NCBI GenBank assembly: GCA_040285825.1
Contig: JAUPSS010000009.1
Coordinates: forward strand, 310,001 to 374,000
Origin: Eukaryota sp. TZLM1-RC
Taxonomy: Eukaryota; Protista; Metamonada: BaSk clade
Direction: 5' to 3'
Length of the DNA stretch: 64,000 nt
Made by a program: the position numbers and the translations under genes. Shown here one piece after another: positions 45,717 through 57,930 of this stretch. The notes under the pieces were generated by a model that made no database searches, was not told the DNA's origin, and saw only the letters and a list, made by a program, of their open reading frames with translations. Each line of letters begins with the position of its first letter. The stretch's first letter is position 1.

Positions 45717-46919
45717 ATGTCGCTTGTGAGTCCTCCTACCATCACGTCTCCGTCTACAACAACTAAAATAAGTTGTAGATGGAGAGATGGTAAGTACTAT
45801 ATGGCTGAAATACTAGCAACTGACTCACGAGATGGCAAACCAGTTTACTATGTACATTTTATCAACTTCAATAGGCGTCTGGACCAATGGGTCGACGACT
45901 CCTACATAGATTACACTGGGTCACAAGTGGTATCATCTGCTCCTGATGAGTCTCTGTCAAGTTCTCATGGACCATCAACACGTGCTTCGCGCCGTGAGAC
46001 GGATGATTCTTTTTTGGTGGATACTCCTGCAGTCGCTCCTGAACTCTCCCTTTACGAGAAGGAGAGAATTGAACGAACTAAGTTCAAGAACGTCCAACAG
46101 GTGCAGCTTGGTATGTATGTCATTGACACATGGTATTTTTCTCCATATCCGCCGGTCTTCACGCCAACAGATTGTCTCTACATATGTGAATACTGTCTCA
46201 AGTATTTACGGTGTAAGTTATCACTGCAAAGACACTCTCGGAAATGTCGTTTCATGCATCCTCCAGGAGAGGAAATCTATCGATCACAAGATGGAAAGAT
46301 ATCAATGTTTGAACTCAATGGTTGTCTACAAAGGCTCTACTGTCAGAATTTATGCCTTTTAGCAAAACTATTTTTAGATCACAAAACTCTTCATTTTGAT
46401 GTCGACCCGTTTCTTTTTTATGTCCTGTGTGAGAATGATGAGTCTGGAAGTCATATTGTGGGTTATTTTTCTAAGGAAAAGTTTTCGAAAGATAATTACA
46501 ATCTGGCTTGCATTCTGACATTACCTCCCTACCAAAAGAAAGGCTATGGTTCCTTTCTGATTCAATTTTCCTATGAATTGACCAAAATAGAAGGGAAAAC
46601 TGGATCTCCAGAAAAGCCTCTCTCTGATCTGGGATACGTTTCATACAGGTCTTATTGGAAATATGTCTTATTGAACGTATTGATTAGACGAACCGATCCT
46701 GTATCCATTCATGATTTGGCAAAACTCACAGGGATAGCAGAAGATGATGTGACGAAGACCTTGCAGTCACTCAACCTTGTAAAGTATTATAAGGGAAGTC
46801 ACATGTTACTGCTTAGTCCAGATCTTGTTGAACGGCACTTGGCGACAGTTAAGACTCCTAAGTTGTTAGTTGATTCCTCAAGGATAAGAGGATTTACTGG
46901 TTACCCAGGTGCAAAATGA
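45717..46919 (+). CDS. MYST-family histone acetyltransferase (Esa1/KAT5/KAT8-like) with Tudor-knot chromodomain
   Basis: Motifs 'YYVHFINFNRRLDQWV', 'TWYFSPYP', 'CEYCLKY', 'LACILTLPPYQKKGYG' and 'GSPEKPLSDLG'. ATG at 45717. Confidence 0.95.
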   Translation: MSLVSPPTITSPSTTTKISCRWRDGKYYMAEILATDSRDGKPVYYVHFINFNRRLDQWVDDSYIDYTGSQVVSSAPDESLSSSHGPSTRASRRETDDSFLVDTPAVAPELSLYEKERIERTKFKNVQQVQLGMYVIDTWYFSPYPPVFTPTDCLYICEYCLKYLRCKLSLQRHSRKCRFMHPPGEEIYRSQDGKISMFELNGCLQRLYCQNLCLLAKLFLDHKTLHFDVDPFLFYVLCENDESGSHIVGYFSKEKFSKDNYNLACILTLPPYQKKGYGSFLIQFSYELTKIEGKTGSPEKPLSDLGYVSYRSYWKYVLLNVLIRRTDPVSIHDLAKLTGIAEDDVTKTLQSLNLVKYYKGSHMLLLSPDLVERHLATVKTPKLLVDSSRIRGFTGYPGAK

Positions 46920-48159
46920 TTCGGTTGTGTTCTGTGTTTATTGTAATTATTATTTTTTTGATTTAATTGTATTATTAGCATTATTATTTGTATTTCTATT
47001 CTTACAGTGTCTACTTCTATTAGCATAGCAGTACTGCTATTCATTGAATAAAGTCTATGAACATAAACAACTGCATCAAGCCGCTGATTTGCATCAAAGT
47101 AACACGTCGATCATGACACACGAACATTAACAAGCTCCCACTGTTGGAACTATCCCTGCTCTTCTACAGTGTTGTATAGAAATCGTCTTGATGAGGGTTG
47201 TTGTTAGATGCAGTATTACGACTGTAATGATAGCGAACAGCTTACACAAATAGATTCACCAGTTGTTGACCACAAAACATGCAAATTTTGGAGAGAAAAT
47301 CCATTAGAAAAAGTGGACAGAAGTGTTCATTTGATCTATGAACAAATCACAAAAATTATTCAAAAATATCAAAAAAGGCAACTTTTTCTATTACAAATCA
47401 GATGGGTATTTTTTTCTCCCTTCTTCCATATGCCATTTTTCTTTTTCCTTCTAGGGCCTTGAACTATTGTCCAGTAAGGAAGCGGAGGTTATGGAGACTC
47501 TACAAGATCATTCTCCTTTCATCTCTCGCTTTTCTTTACCTGGCCGATCATTTTCCTTCAACCTTAACCAAGCAATTTTTGTAGATTGTGTCAATGTTGG
47601 TAACAATCCTGGTCCAATAGTTCTAGATCCCCAAGATATGGTGGGAAATTCAGTAGGATATTCAGGAAATATATCCTTTTTTTGATGCCCTCCTGATACA
47701 TTTAGAACCTATGTCTGCCACAAAACTGCAAACCTTGATTAATACTGTACTTCATAAAGCCACTATTGCTATTATAAAATCTATTATCCGATTTTTGAAC
47801 AGTTTTGACTAAAGAACAAACTGTTATTTTCAGGAAACGCAGCATGTATTCGAACGAGGCTACAGTAATATTGGGTGGATGAAGATTTTTTTCCTTGTCT
47901 CACAGACCTCTGGATTTTTTGTTTAATTCCTTTCAAGATGAATCAGTTTCCTTAATTAAAATCCTTTTTTATATCCACTAAGATGTCCTGTTAAAGGAAA
48001 ACCTATGCCCAAACCTCGAGAAGGCTTCAATTCAAGCTGATATTTATCCTGTTTGGAATTATTTCCAAACTTTTACAAAGGTATCCCATCAGAACAACAG
48101 CAACTACGAATTAGAATCTATTTCATTTATTTGTAGGATATTTGACAAATTTTTCTAGA

Positions 48160-49829
48160 TTGTAGCCACAGATTGGATGATGTTTCCTTAAGAGGTCCTT
48201 CTCCTATAGTTCAAGAAGCAACAAATATGTTTGGAATTTTAGCTTCTCGTATTGGTGTTGATTTCAATCCTTCCAAATGCCAAATTCTTGGTAGACAAAA
48301 TGACTTTATCTCTTTTGAGGGAGTCGAATTGCCATTTGTGAATTATGATGATGATTGTAATGAGTTGTTGGGAACATTGATAGGTTATGAGGAATGTATT
48401 GCTCAGTCACTTAAACAAAAAGTTGAAAAAGCTTCTTCTGAACTCGCACAAATTCAAAATTTACCTTTGAAGAAACATATCAATTTTCATGTTGACAGAT
48501 TACGATTTAGTTCAAAAATTAACCACCTAATTGGTTCAATTTTTCCAACGTTGACTGCGCGCTTTGTCAAACAGTATTTGAATAAAAGAACTCAATTATA
48601 TTTTTAAAAAAAAACTTATTTTATTCAACAGAAGTTGTTAAAAATTAAAAATCAATTTCCCCAAACTCCACATCTACCATTGAAAATTTACCTAGAGCAG
48701 TTTCTTCATAAAATCTTCCTAGTGATAACAACGAGCTAGAAACAAGGCTATGCATTCCTTCAAAAATAGAAAATACAATTCTGTTTTGCCAAACGGTTCG
48801 GTCAAGTATTCATCCAGTTCTGTCTTTGACAATAGATGAAAAATCGTCTAAAAAACATAACACTGTTTTACCCAAGGTTCCAAAGAAAGAAAAAGCAAAA
48901 GGACAAGAAGGTATTGAGTGTGTGAGTTGGAATTCAGATTATTGACTTTTTCAGTATACTTGATAATTTTCGCTTCTACAGCATTACGTTATTGGAAAAG
49001 GGTGTTTGTGAAAACCAGTCACTGTTTGTAACCATTGTACCACGAAGATTTGATCTGTGTACTGCTGGTGTAGCGTTTGTAACAAAAATGAGATTACATT
49101 TGAATATCCCCATTAATCAATTATTATCAAAAGAAAAATGTATTTGTTCGAATTCACCTCAACTCACTTTGCGTCATGCTCTAAATTGCGCTAATTTGAT
49201 AACTTATCGTTCTTCATTACATGATGCTGATAGAGACACTGTTTTCAATTTGGCACAAACTGCAAGAATATCGTGTATCAAAGAGCCCCTGCTGAAGGAA
49301 ACACTTTCTCTGAATAATTTTGGTTCTGATGATAGAGGTGATGTATACTGTGATTGGATTGATAATTTTTGAAGCTATTGTTGACTTTGTCTCATGTAAT
49401 GTTGCAAATGATACTTTGGTTCACAGAAGAAAACTTAATCCTGTGACTGCTCTTGATTTTAAAGCAAAAGAGAAACATAGAAAATATGGTAAAGATATTG
49501 AAGAGGCTAATGTCGATAGAAATACACAGCTGGTTTTTATTGCTTTCCCATTTTCGATAAATGGAAGATTATCAGATGAAGCAGAAACTTTTTTGAATGA
49601 CTTCCAAAAAATGGTGCAAGAAAAAACAATGAAAAGATTTGATATTTTTTTATGGCGTTCACGGATTCAATTTGTCATTATTAATAGATTACCTCGGTTT
49701 TTCAATCGAATAAGAGAAGCTTTAGCTAGACAGCAAGCAGATCAATATTTTGTAGGGAAAATCTTGGTTCAATGATAGTCGTCCTATTAGTTATGAGTTA
49801 ATTTAATTAAGTGTGCAAATTCAATAAAT
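48160..49829 (+). mobile_element. Longest CRE-like family A remnant (RT fragment plus RLE)
   Basis: RT 'QLDDVSL..IGVDFNPSKCQIL..LLGTLIG', CCHC 'CICSNSPQLTLRHALNC', RLE 'KEPLL..DDRGDV..DFVSCNV..KEKHRKY..SINGRL'. Ends in AATAAA. Confidence 0.8.
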
Positions 49830-49849
49830 ATACCATTTAGCTCAACGTA

Positions 49850-50030
49850 TAGGTGAATAAAAGATGGTGCCAATTTTTCATTTGAGCTGTTTGATACATC
49901 AGTAGATCTGACGTCAATAATGATCATTGATCCATCAAGACCGGGAATCAACACATCGCCGAGGCTATTACCAAAAGAATTTCTGTCAGCTTCATCAGCC
50001 AAATTTGAAAGCAAAGGTTCTAAAATTACT
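49850..50030 (-). mobile_element. CRE-like family D fragment
   Basis: 'EPLLSNL..SFGNSLGDVLIPGLDGSMIIIDVRSTDV' is the RLE core. Confidence 0.65.
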
Positions 50031-50039
50031 GGGTTCAGT

Positions 50040-50420
50040 ACTGAACAACAATAATTTCAACATCTCAATGGAGCAAAAGGCAGACACATCAAATTTCTCC
50101 TAATTGCTATTTCAATTTTTGGTACCATTGGAAGTGAAGGTCTCAATTTTTGAGATGATTTAGAAAGACTTCTCAAAGAAAGTGGTTGTGTATTTGATTT
50201 TTTCATTTGGAAGAACAGAATCGTATTTTCGTTTTTGAAAGCCCTTCCTCGTTATATTAACTCAATTTTGAATAGCATTACCGAGTTTTGTAACAAGCTA
50301 GTTGCTATTCAAGTGAATAGCGAAAATCTCCCGTCATTTCCACTGATGGGATTTGAGTAGATAAAAGCTTTAGTTCAGGTATATAGTTGAGTTTAGAACA
50401 GTAATAAGTTATGGAATAAA
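50040..50420 (+). mobile_element. CRE-like family C 3' fragment
   Basis: 'IAISIFGTIGSEGL..IWKNRIVFSFLKALPR', with a tail shared with 20088-20220. Confidence 0.65.
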
Positions 50421-50541
50421 CCTTTATAAAAAAAACTTTGTCAGAAATGAAAAATGATTCGCATTTACAAAATCCTATACATCACTCAACTGAGAGCAAT
50501 CACATCCAGCAGTGCAGATAGTCGATTGGCTACTTTTGTCA

Positions 50542-52095
50542 ATGCTGATTACTAACACTAATTTCGTTGAGAACCTTCCCCTCATCAAAAACGCAGTATC
50601 TTCTGCAGACGCTATTGCCATAGACTTTGAGTTCTCTGGTAGTTTGAAAAGACACACTCACAATCCCTTTGATTCAGTTAGTGAAAGATTCTCTAAAGAA
50701 GTTGACAATCTAGACCCCTCATGTATTTTCGAACTTGGAATTTGTTGCCTTTCGGTCCAACCTGATCAATCGATTCAGCTTACACCTTTTGACATGTACG
50801 TCTTCCAACAATACTCAAAGCACCTCAAAAATGATCAATTTCTTCAATTTTCTACAGCAACCCTGGCTTTTCTCCAAGAACACGGCCTGGATCTCCAAAA
50901 ATGGACCCAAGAAGGAGTGAGCTTCCTGACCCCTCAGCAAGAAGAGTCCCTCAGATCCACACTGGTGAAGAAGGTGCGTGAGAAGAAAAGAGAACCTTCT
51001 CTTTTCAATTCCACAGACGCCCAGTTTGTTGAAGAACTTAAGCAAAAGCTGATCAAGCTTGCTAATGATGATTCTCAAGAAGTTCTTTCATTTGAGAATC
51101 TTTCTCCCTTCCACCGATTCCTGGTTCACAACACTGTCTCGAGTTGTTATCCTCATTGGAGGACAGCTACCGAAGACAAGAACTTGCTGGTATATAAGCT
51201 TGATGCCAATGAAGCAGAACAGTATGATGCAAGAATGGAGGAATCAAGAAACAATCAAATCAACAGTTTGGTTGGGGTTCGATTAATTTTTGACCTAATC
51301 AGCCGGTACAAGAAGCCACTGGTCATTCATGGTGGATTAGCTGATTTATTGCTTATTTGCAAGGTTTTTTACGGAATTAATTCACCTGATTTGGATACAT
51401 TTAAAAAGTTTATTCATTCTAATTTTCCTATTGTTTATGACACTGCTTTTATTGCTCAATCTTTGGGTATTTTTCCAAGACTGTCTTTATCTGAAGTATT
51501 TAAGAAAAGCTGCACGTTGAATGATGGTTATAGGTTTTCAATTGATGGTATCCACGGGTTCACTTCCCTAATCAATGTTGTTAATGGTGACTCTTCAGAC
51601 TTTGTCATGTTGAATCTTCACCGTCCTGATACTGATGCTTTGTTGGCAGTTGTTAGTTGCTTCATCTTATCAAAAGTATTTGAAAACAAGTTTGACACTT
51701 TTAAGAACTTTATCTACTGCCACAAGCTTCTAAGTAAGATGAATGTAGGTGGTGATGATATAGTGGTTAATAAAGATGATGTCTTTGGACTCCGATCGCG
51801 AAGTTTTATGAATATTGCTGATGTACGTACTGCTTTAAAAGAACATCTTTGTTGTGATGTTGAAGTCTACCATTTTTTTAGGTCGGATTTCATTTTTATT
51901 GTTGAAGATCCTCAAGTTTACAAACGTGTTTGCAAATTGGTTGAAGAACGGGCACAATTGACTGATGATATTCAATTCACATCTCTTAATGGCCTCGATA
52001 GCTTTGATCAAGCAGCTGGTACAAAGAGACTTAGTTCTGTCAGTGAAGGTGAACAATCAACAGTGCCAAGACAAACAGGATGTTTTCTTATGTAG
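50542..52095 (+). CDS. PARN: Poly(A)-specific ribonuclease PARN-like (CAF1/DEDD family with R3H insert)
   Basis: Motifs 'ITNTNF..AIAIDFEFSG', R3H 'FHRFLVH', 'KKPLVIHGGLADL', 'FPIVYDT' and 'LHRPDTDA'. ATG at 50542. Confidence 0.85.
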   Translation: MLITNTNFVENLPLIKNAVSSADAIAIDFEFSGSLKRHTHNPFDSVSERFSKEVDNLDPSCIFELGICCLSVQPDQSIQLTPFDMYVFQQYSKHLKNDQFLQFSTATLAFLQEHGLDLQKWTQEGVSFLTPQQEESLRSTLVKKVREKKREPSLFNSTDAQFVEELKQKLIKLANDDSQEVLSFENLSPFHRFLVHNTVSSCYPHWRTATEDKNLLVYKLDANEAEQYDARMEESRNNQINSLVGVRLIFDLISRYKKPLVIHGGLADLLLICKVFYGINSPDLDTFKKFIHSNFPIVYDTAFIAQSLGIFPRLSLSEVFKKSCTLNDGYRFSIDGIHGFTSLINVVNGDSSDFVMLNLHRPDTDALLAVVSCFILSKVFENKFDTFKNFIYCHKLLSKMNVGGDDIVVNKDDVFGLRSRSFMNIADVRTALKEHLCCDVEVYHFFRSDFIFIVEDPQVYKRVCKLVEERAQLTDDIQFTSLNGLDSFDQAAGTKRLSSVSEGEQSTVPRQTGCFLM

Positions 52096-52565
52096 TTAAT
52101 TTTTTTGCATTATATTAAATGATTTATTTGTATGTTCTATTTTCTTTGGAATGAACCCTGAATTTCTGGGTGTACTATCCCATAACTGAATTTGAACAAT
52201 TGGTTATTGGTTAATTGGCCTTAAAATCAGCTTCTTTGAACCAAATCCACAAACATCTTTCTGACCTAATTGGAGCAATATTCCAAAGAACTGATTACTT
52301 CAACATCACCTACTGGAGAATGACTCAACGATATCATCCCTTTTATTAAAAATAACGAAAACCAGTGAGACAGTCAACGTATAGCATCTGAAAACAAATG
52401 AACTTCTTTGAATACTTGTCTAATGGAGAAAACTTTGTATCACATCAATGTTCAAGAAACAGTGAACAATGTGGTACAATTTGTGTTTAATGTGGATTTG
52501 TGATTATTTCACGTTGGTAAAAAGCAGAATTACTAACCACACGATCTTGTACTCTTCATTTGTCC

Positions 52566-52790
52566 ATGTCCCTACTTTCATTCTCTGATATGTTACTCTT
52601 TTGTACTTTGATTGCCAATGCGTTTGCTGTGTTCGACTACTCTGGTTTAAAGAAGAAGAAGTACCAGCTCGATTATTCTCCTCCTCCAAGTGACACATCC
52701 AACATCGGGAAGCTTTTCCACTCATTCGCATCTTTCAGATTAGCATTAGTTCTATGGAACTCTTTAATGACCATCATTATTATCTTGTAA
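52566..52790 (+). CDS. SMIM7: Small integral membrane protein 7-like
   Basis: 'FSDMLLFCTLIANAFAVF..LKKKK...FRLALVLWNSLM' parallels SMIM7 (DILLFGTLLMNAGAVL..KKK..FRIFIALWNIFM). Confidence 0.7.
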   Translation: MSLLSFSDMLLFCTLIANAFAVFDYSGLKKKKYQLDYSPPPSDTSNIGKLFHSFASFRLALVLWNSLMTIIIIL

Positions 52791-52830
52791 AGTAAAGATT
52801 TCCTTCAAAACTGTTTATTTCTATCACCTC

Positions 52831-53838
52831 TTAATGTCGTATGAGTGAGAGCACAATGATGAGAACGATCAATGGGAAAAACAACCACACAGAGACTTGA
52901 GCGAATATCATTACAAAAGACAACAAAACCATACAAAGCAGAGTAAAACTTATAGGCTTTGCCAGAAATTGTTCTACCAATAGAGAGAACAACACTAAAA
53001 CACCTGGAATTACGAACAGGCAACTTAGTATTGAGTGTCTTGAGAAGTAGCTGGGAACTAAAAATACGATGGCGAATAGATAGTGATGTCTACTCAGCAG
53101 AGGATGATTAGAGTCTTTTTGGGTAAAGAAAGAAAAAAAAGAACATAGAAAATTTGTAAATTGAAAAAATATTTTTTGATAAAAATGCCAATTAAAAGTG
53201 GGGAAAAAAGTGGGTGGTACATAATAACTTGTGACATCTAAACTTATACTATTAATAGATGAAGTAAATGAAAATCTTTCGAAAATGTTAAACATGCTCA
53301 AGAGTAACAAAATGAAATGGAAAAGTAAATGTGCAGCAGTTGATTTTAAACTTGAGAAAAAACTAACTATAAAGTAGCAAACTATAATACAATTAAAAAA
53401 AACATTGAACCCATTCACAATAACAAAGATAATAGAACAACTAAGTAGAATGAGGGGTCCTAAATAATTTGAAAAAACAGGACAAACAGGACTTAAACTA
53501 AATACAGAGGGAGATTTTGTGAAAAGTGAGGAAGGAAATAACAAAAATCCGTAAAAAAAGTAAGCTAAAACGTAGACAACAGCCAACAGGACAGAACTGT
53601 TGAAAAGTTTCCTTTGTGGATGGTGATGAGAAGAAGTCAAAGTTTGATGTAGGCCTGATCCCAACCATACAGAAATGGAATCACGGCAAATGTCACAGAA
53701 ATTGTATGTTGGGTTGTTTAGAATGTAGGATCGGTGTGCTGAAAAATCTGTTGTAGACATTGACTTCGACAAGGTTGCTTTAATATCAATCAACAAGGGG
53801 GCACAGTTGAGGCAGAGTCTGGGGCAGAGGTCTGCCAT
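52831..53838 (-). CDS. Hypothetical multi-pass membrane protein with N-terminal CxxC pairs
   Basis: 335-aa ORF with 'CLNC' and 'CDIC' followed by several TM-like segments. Confidence 0.6.
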   Translation of the reverse strand: MADLCPRLCLNCAPLLIDIKATLSKSMSTTDFSAHRSYILNNPTYNFCDICRDSISVWLGSGLHQTLTSSHHHPQRKLFNSSVLLAVVYVLAYFFYGFLLFPSSLFTKSPSVFSLSPVCPVFSNYLGPLILLSCSIIFVIVNGFNVFFNCIIVCYFIVSFFSSLKSTAAHLLFHFILLLLSMFNIFERFSFTSSINSISLDVTSYYVPPTFFPTFNWHFYQKIFFQFTNFLCSFFSFFTQKDSNHPLLSRHHYLFAIVFLVPSYFSRHSILSCLFVIPGVLVLFSLLVEQFLAKPISFTLLCMVLLSFVMIFAQVSVWLFFPLIVLIIVLSLIRH

Positions 53839-54062
53839 TCTAACTGATGTTGTCTACAACAAAGTTATGGTGGTATAAAAGAATCAAGTTTTGTGTAGAA
53901 TTGGTGCAATCAATCAAGCCTATAGCACCTCTATAGTTGTTCCTTTCCAAAACTGGCCACTATGAGGAGGGGGCTACTAATACGTGGAGGAGCTTATCCA
54001 CCCTCAACAATAATGTAAGTACAATACGATGATTTCTGATTAACCATGATTTTAATATTTAT

Positions 54063-54231
54063 TTCCTCCACAAAATCTTGATCTGCTTGCTGTCTCGCTA
54101 AAGCTTCTCTAATTCGATTGAAAAACTGAGGCAATCTATTTTTTATGGAAAATTGAATTCGAGAGCGTCATGAAAAGATTTTAAATCTTTTCATTGTTAT
54201 TTCATAAACCATTTTTTGGAAATCATTCGAA
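54063..54231 (-). mobile_element. CRE-like family A 3' fragment
   Basis: Encodes 'FNRIREALARQQADQ', as at 49700-49745. Confidence 0.7.
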
Positions 54232-55393
54232 AAACTGCTTTTTTTGAAAAGAAAGTTTGTATATCCAACTCTAACAAAACATTCAACAAACAACTAGAAT
54301 TCAATATGCTCAATACGCGCATCAACTTCATCAATTCTCTTAAGCGCGCGATTTTCATACTCTATTCCTAATTGTAACAATGTTGTGGTCAACATTTCTG
54401 CAATTGCTTTGAGAATACTGAAAACAATTCTATTGTGCCATAAATTGAAATTCAGTTCTTTTCCTGCTCTTTCTTTTATTAAACTTCTGAAACCTTGGAG
54501 AAATTTAATGCCAGATGATGCAATGTTCCAAAAAAGAGAAACAGCAAATGGAAACAGCTCATACTTTACATGCTCAACACGTTTTAGCTGAGATAAGGGT
54601 TCATTGTACCTTTGCATTCTGCTCTATTCAGCAAAGCAAAGCGGAGTTTCATCTTTTTTAGCAAAATCAATTGCTGAGTCTTTACAAACATCAACAGTGA
54701 CAACATCAACAACTTTGATGATACCATCAGACCCAGGGGTAATTAAATCAGCACAGCATTTCATAAAAGGGTTGCTTTTCAAATCAAGGAAAAATAAATA
54801 TAAAATACAATACAAACTGCTTTTTTTGAAAAGAAAGTTTTTATATCCAACTCTAACAAAACATTCAACAAACAACTAGAATTCAATATGCTCAATACGC
54901 GCATCAACTTCATCAATTCTCTTAAGCGCGCGATTTTCATACTCTATTCCTAATTGTAACAATGTTGTGGTCAACATTTCTGCAATTGCTTTGAGAATAC
55001 TGAAAACAATTCTATTGTGCCATAAATTGAAGTTCAGTTCTTTTCCTGCTCTTTCTTTTATTACACTTCTGAAACCTTGGAGAAATTAAATGCCAGATGA
55101 TGCAATGTTCCAAAAAAGAGAAACAGCAAATGGAAACAGCTCATACTTTACATGCTCAACACGTTTTAGCTGAGATAAGAGTTCATTGTACCTTTGCATT
55201 CTGCTTAATTCAGCAAAGCAAAGCGGAGTTTCATCTTTTTTAGCAAAATCAATTGCTGAGTCTTTACAAACATCAACAATGACAACATCAACAACTTTGA
55301 TGATACCATCAGACCCAGGGGTAATTAAATCAGCACAGCATTTCATAAAAGGGTTGCTTTTCAAATCAAGGAAAAATAAATATAAAATACAAT
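54232..55393. repeat. Tandem duplication of a unit of about 582 bp (family B RLE 3' end plus part of an LTR)
   Basis: 54232-54813 and 54814-55393 are near-identical. Confidence 0.9.
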
Positions 55394-57545
55394 TTAAACT
55401 CAAGATGACGTGATCCACCTTCCTAAAGGGGAAAATCACGTTTAGCCACAGCTAACACTGCCTTCGCTTTTTTTTCGGTGGGATTTGGGAGGATCGGCGG
55501 CAAGCTTGATGTATCTAAAGTACGCGGCAGTGTTCTGAATAGAAGAAACAGGCTGAACAGTGGTTGTCCCATCGGACCAGAGCACGGTGGCGGACTCATC
55601 AGTGATATCGATAATAGCGTCAAGCATCAGCTCGCCTGAATCGGCAGCTGCATAAGCGTCGAGTATCTCCGGGGGTAACGAGGACAGGCAGGGCTTTACG
55701 AGGTGGCTGGCTGTTTTGAAAGATGAGCCCGAGACAGGGTTCTGAACCAGGAGAGAGCTAGGGAGGAGGACTTTGAGGACGACATAGGGGCCTACAAAGT
55801 GACCGTGGAGTTTGTCTGGCTTCTCGCACAGAACAAAAACTCGATCATCGGCCTAAGGGCAATATGCAGGTTCGGGCACGTCAGTGGGGAGCAGAACAGG
55901 GGACAGGATTACGGCTTCCCATGAGGCTAGAAATTTCTTCGTTAAGGTCAGAAGGTTTCAATGAACTCGGGTTTGTCTGGAGGGAGAAGGTGAGTGGACA
56001 ATAAATTCAAAAGCTGGTTGGGCAATAAATGGGGAGAGGTGTCGGGCCCAAAAATGAGACAATACGGGGATGTGTTCAAACCTTTCTTTCCTGAGAATTC
56101 AAAAGCATTTGGCACAGGGGAACATAGTCTGACCAGTTATGGTAGTCAGAGAAATCGAGTAACATTCGGCGGATTACCTGGAGGAAACTACGGTGTTGGC
56201 GCTCGACAAGGTCATTGGACTGATGGTAGTGGGGTAGGGATTGGGAATGTTCTATGTTCAAGAATTGGCATAACAAACTGAATATCTTGTTGGAAAAATC
56301 AGGGCCGTTATCAGAATGGATTCGACGAGGAGAGCCGAAGACAGAGTAGACTGAGGAAATCAAAACATAGGTAGTGGCCTTAAGGTCCTTGGTGGGAACA
56401 AGGATGCTAAAATTAGAAAAAGCATCGACGAAGTGGACTATATACTTATAGCAATCTGTATCGGCTGAGAGTGGACCGATAGAATCACAATGTAAACTCT
56501 CAAAAGGGCGACGAACAGAATTTAGAGATCCAGTAAAGGAGACAGCGGTCTTGATCACCATCTTGAGTTTGTCGGGGCGGATTCCGTTAGAGAAAAACTT
56601 CATCCTTGCAGATTCAGGGAGAAGAGAGGGGCAGATTCGGACTAGTTTGAGAAACTGAGTAATATAAGATGTGACAGCTTCATCAGCTGTGGGAACGGAG
56701 AGAGAGACGGAGGGACTGGAATCGTTGATATACGCTGGCAGGGTCCTCGAACTGACACATTGACATGAGATGGGTCAGTATGGTGGAATGACTTCTGGTA
56801 TCTATTCCATAGCAGATTTCAAATGTCTCCAAAACAATTGGAGCGATTGTATATGGAACATAAGACAACATGGCTTCAAAGAGGCGGTCTTCTTCAGAGC
56901 TGTTACGGAGCTCGAATGAAGCTAATCCGGGAAGGTTCGGGGAATCAGAGGGGTAAGAGTCAGCGTCTTCAGCAGGATCATCGGGAGGACGAAAGCAAAC
57001 GGGAGTAGAGCATCGAATGGCTTGAATGGGCTCAGTGTCGGAGTCGGAGGCTTCAGCGAAAGCTTGGGAATGGGAAGAAACTTGAGAGAGTCTACTTCTC
57101 CGGTCTTCAATCTCCTTGGACATAGCAGAGATATTGGGTTCAGTGTCGGAAACGGAGGGAGAACGGGAGGCATCTTTGGTGGATGATGACTGGGAGTGAG
57201 TAGCAGGAGGGTATCTTGTCACATCTGTCATGACATGACAAGACATACGTTGCGCGTTAACCTTCAATGCTTCTACATAGCGGGAGACGGACTCTCAACC
57301 GGTATGACTCAAATACGGAGCAATCAGGTTCGCGGGGTTCTAGGCGGGGACATGAGGCAGGACGTATTCCTTACAGGCTCCAATAATTACTGTAGTTTTT
57401 CGTGCACATAACAAAAACATAAACAAAAACAGAAGTTTATGGACAGAATATAAGAAATCAAGGAAAAATAAATATAAACTACAATTTAAACTCAAGATGA
57501 CGTGATCCACCTTTCTAAAAACGTCATGTTTAGCCACAGCTAACA
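55352..57545 (-). mobile_element. Internally deleted Ty3/gypsy chromodomain element (second family)
   Basis: 5' LTR 57545-57391 (TGTTAG...CTACA); partly deleted 3' LTR 55457-55352 after PPT AAAAAAAAGCGAAGGCAG; candidate TSD CTTT (plus AAAG at 55348-55351 and 57546-57549). Contains a gag fragment, integrase 'HCDSIGP..HSDNGPDF..LVER' and chromodomain 'DAIIDI..ATVLWSDG.TTVQP'; RT absent. Confidence 0.82.
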
Positions 57546-57930
57546 AAAGTATCTTCATCTTCATTTTGAGGTGACAACTTACGTACAAGTGGTTCAACAA
57601 AAGCTTCAATGTGATGATTTTTGCACATAGCATATAGTTGGTCTCTGACAGCATCGTGAACAACTGAGCGATATGTAATATTAAATTTGCAATTAAACAA
57701 ATGATTCAGATTGATCAGCTGACCACAACGACAAATCAAATCATTTGGCACACTGCATGGCCAACAAAAACACGTCAATCTTAAAGCAGTTGTCCATTGA
57801 TGATCATTTAACAATAAACCATAAGCATTTGGAATCTGGGAAATGAGACAACTTGAGCTTCTTTCCTTAAGATCAATTAAAAAGTTCGCAAAAACGGGAT
57901 TCTTTTCCTTAGCCAAGCTAAGACGAACAG
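57546..57930 (-). mobile_element. CRE-like family B host segment, continuing at 55351-54232 beyond the gypsy element
   Basis: 'CRCGQLINLNHLFNC..VHDAVRDQL..EPLV..EDEDT' resumes as 'F..ADLITPG..VVDVV'. Confidence 0.8.

Noticed and set aside
47208-47685. Possible spliced gene from short ORFs
   Set aside because: The candidate intron lacks the GTWTG donor and the -7 A seen in other introns, and no protein motif is recognisable.
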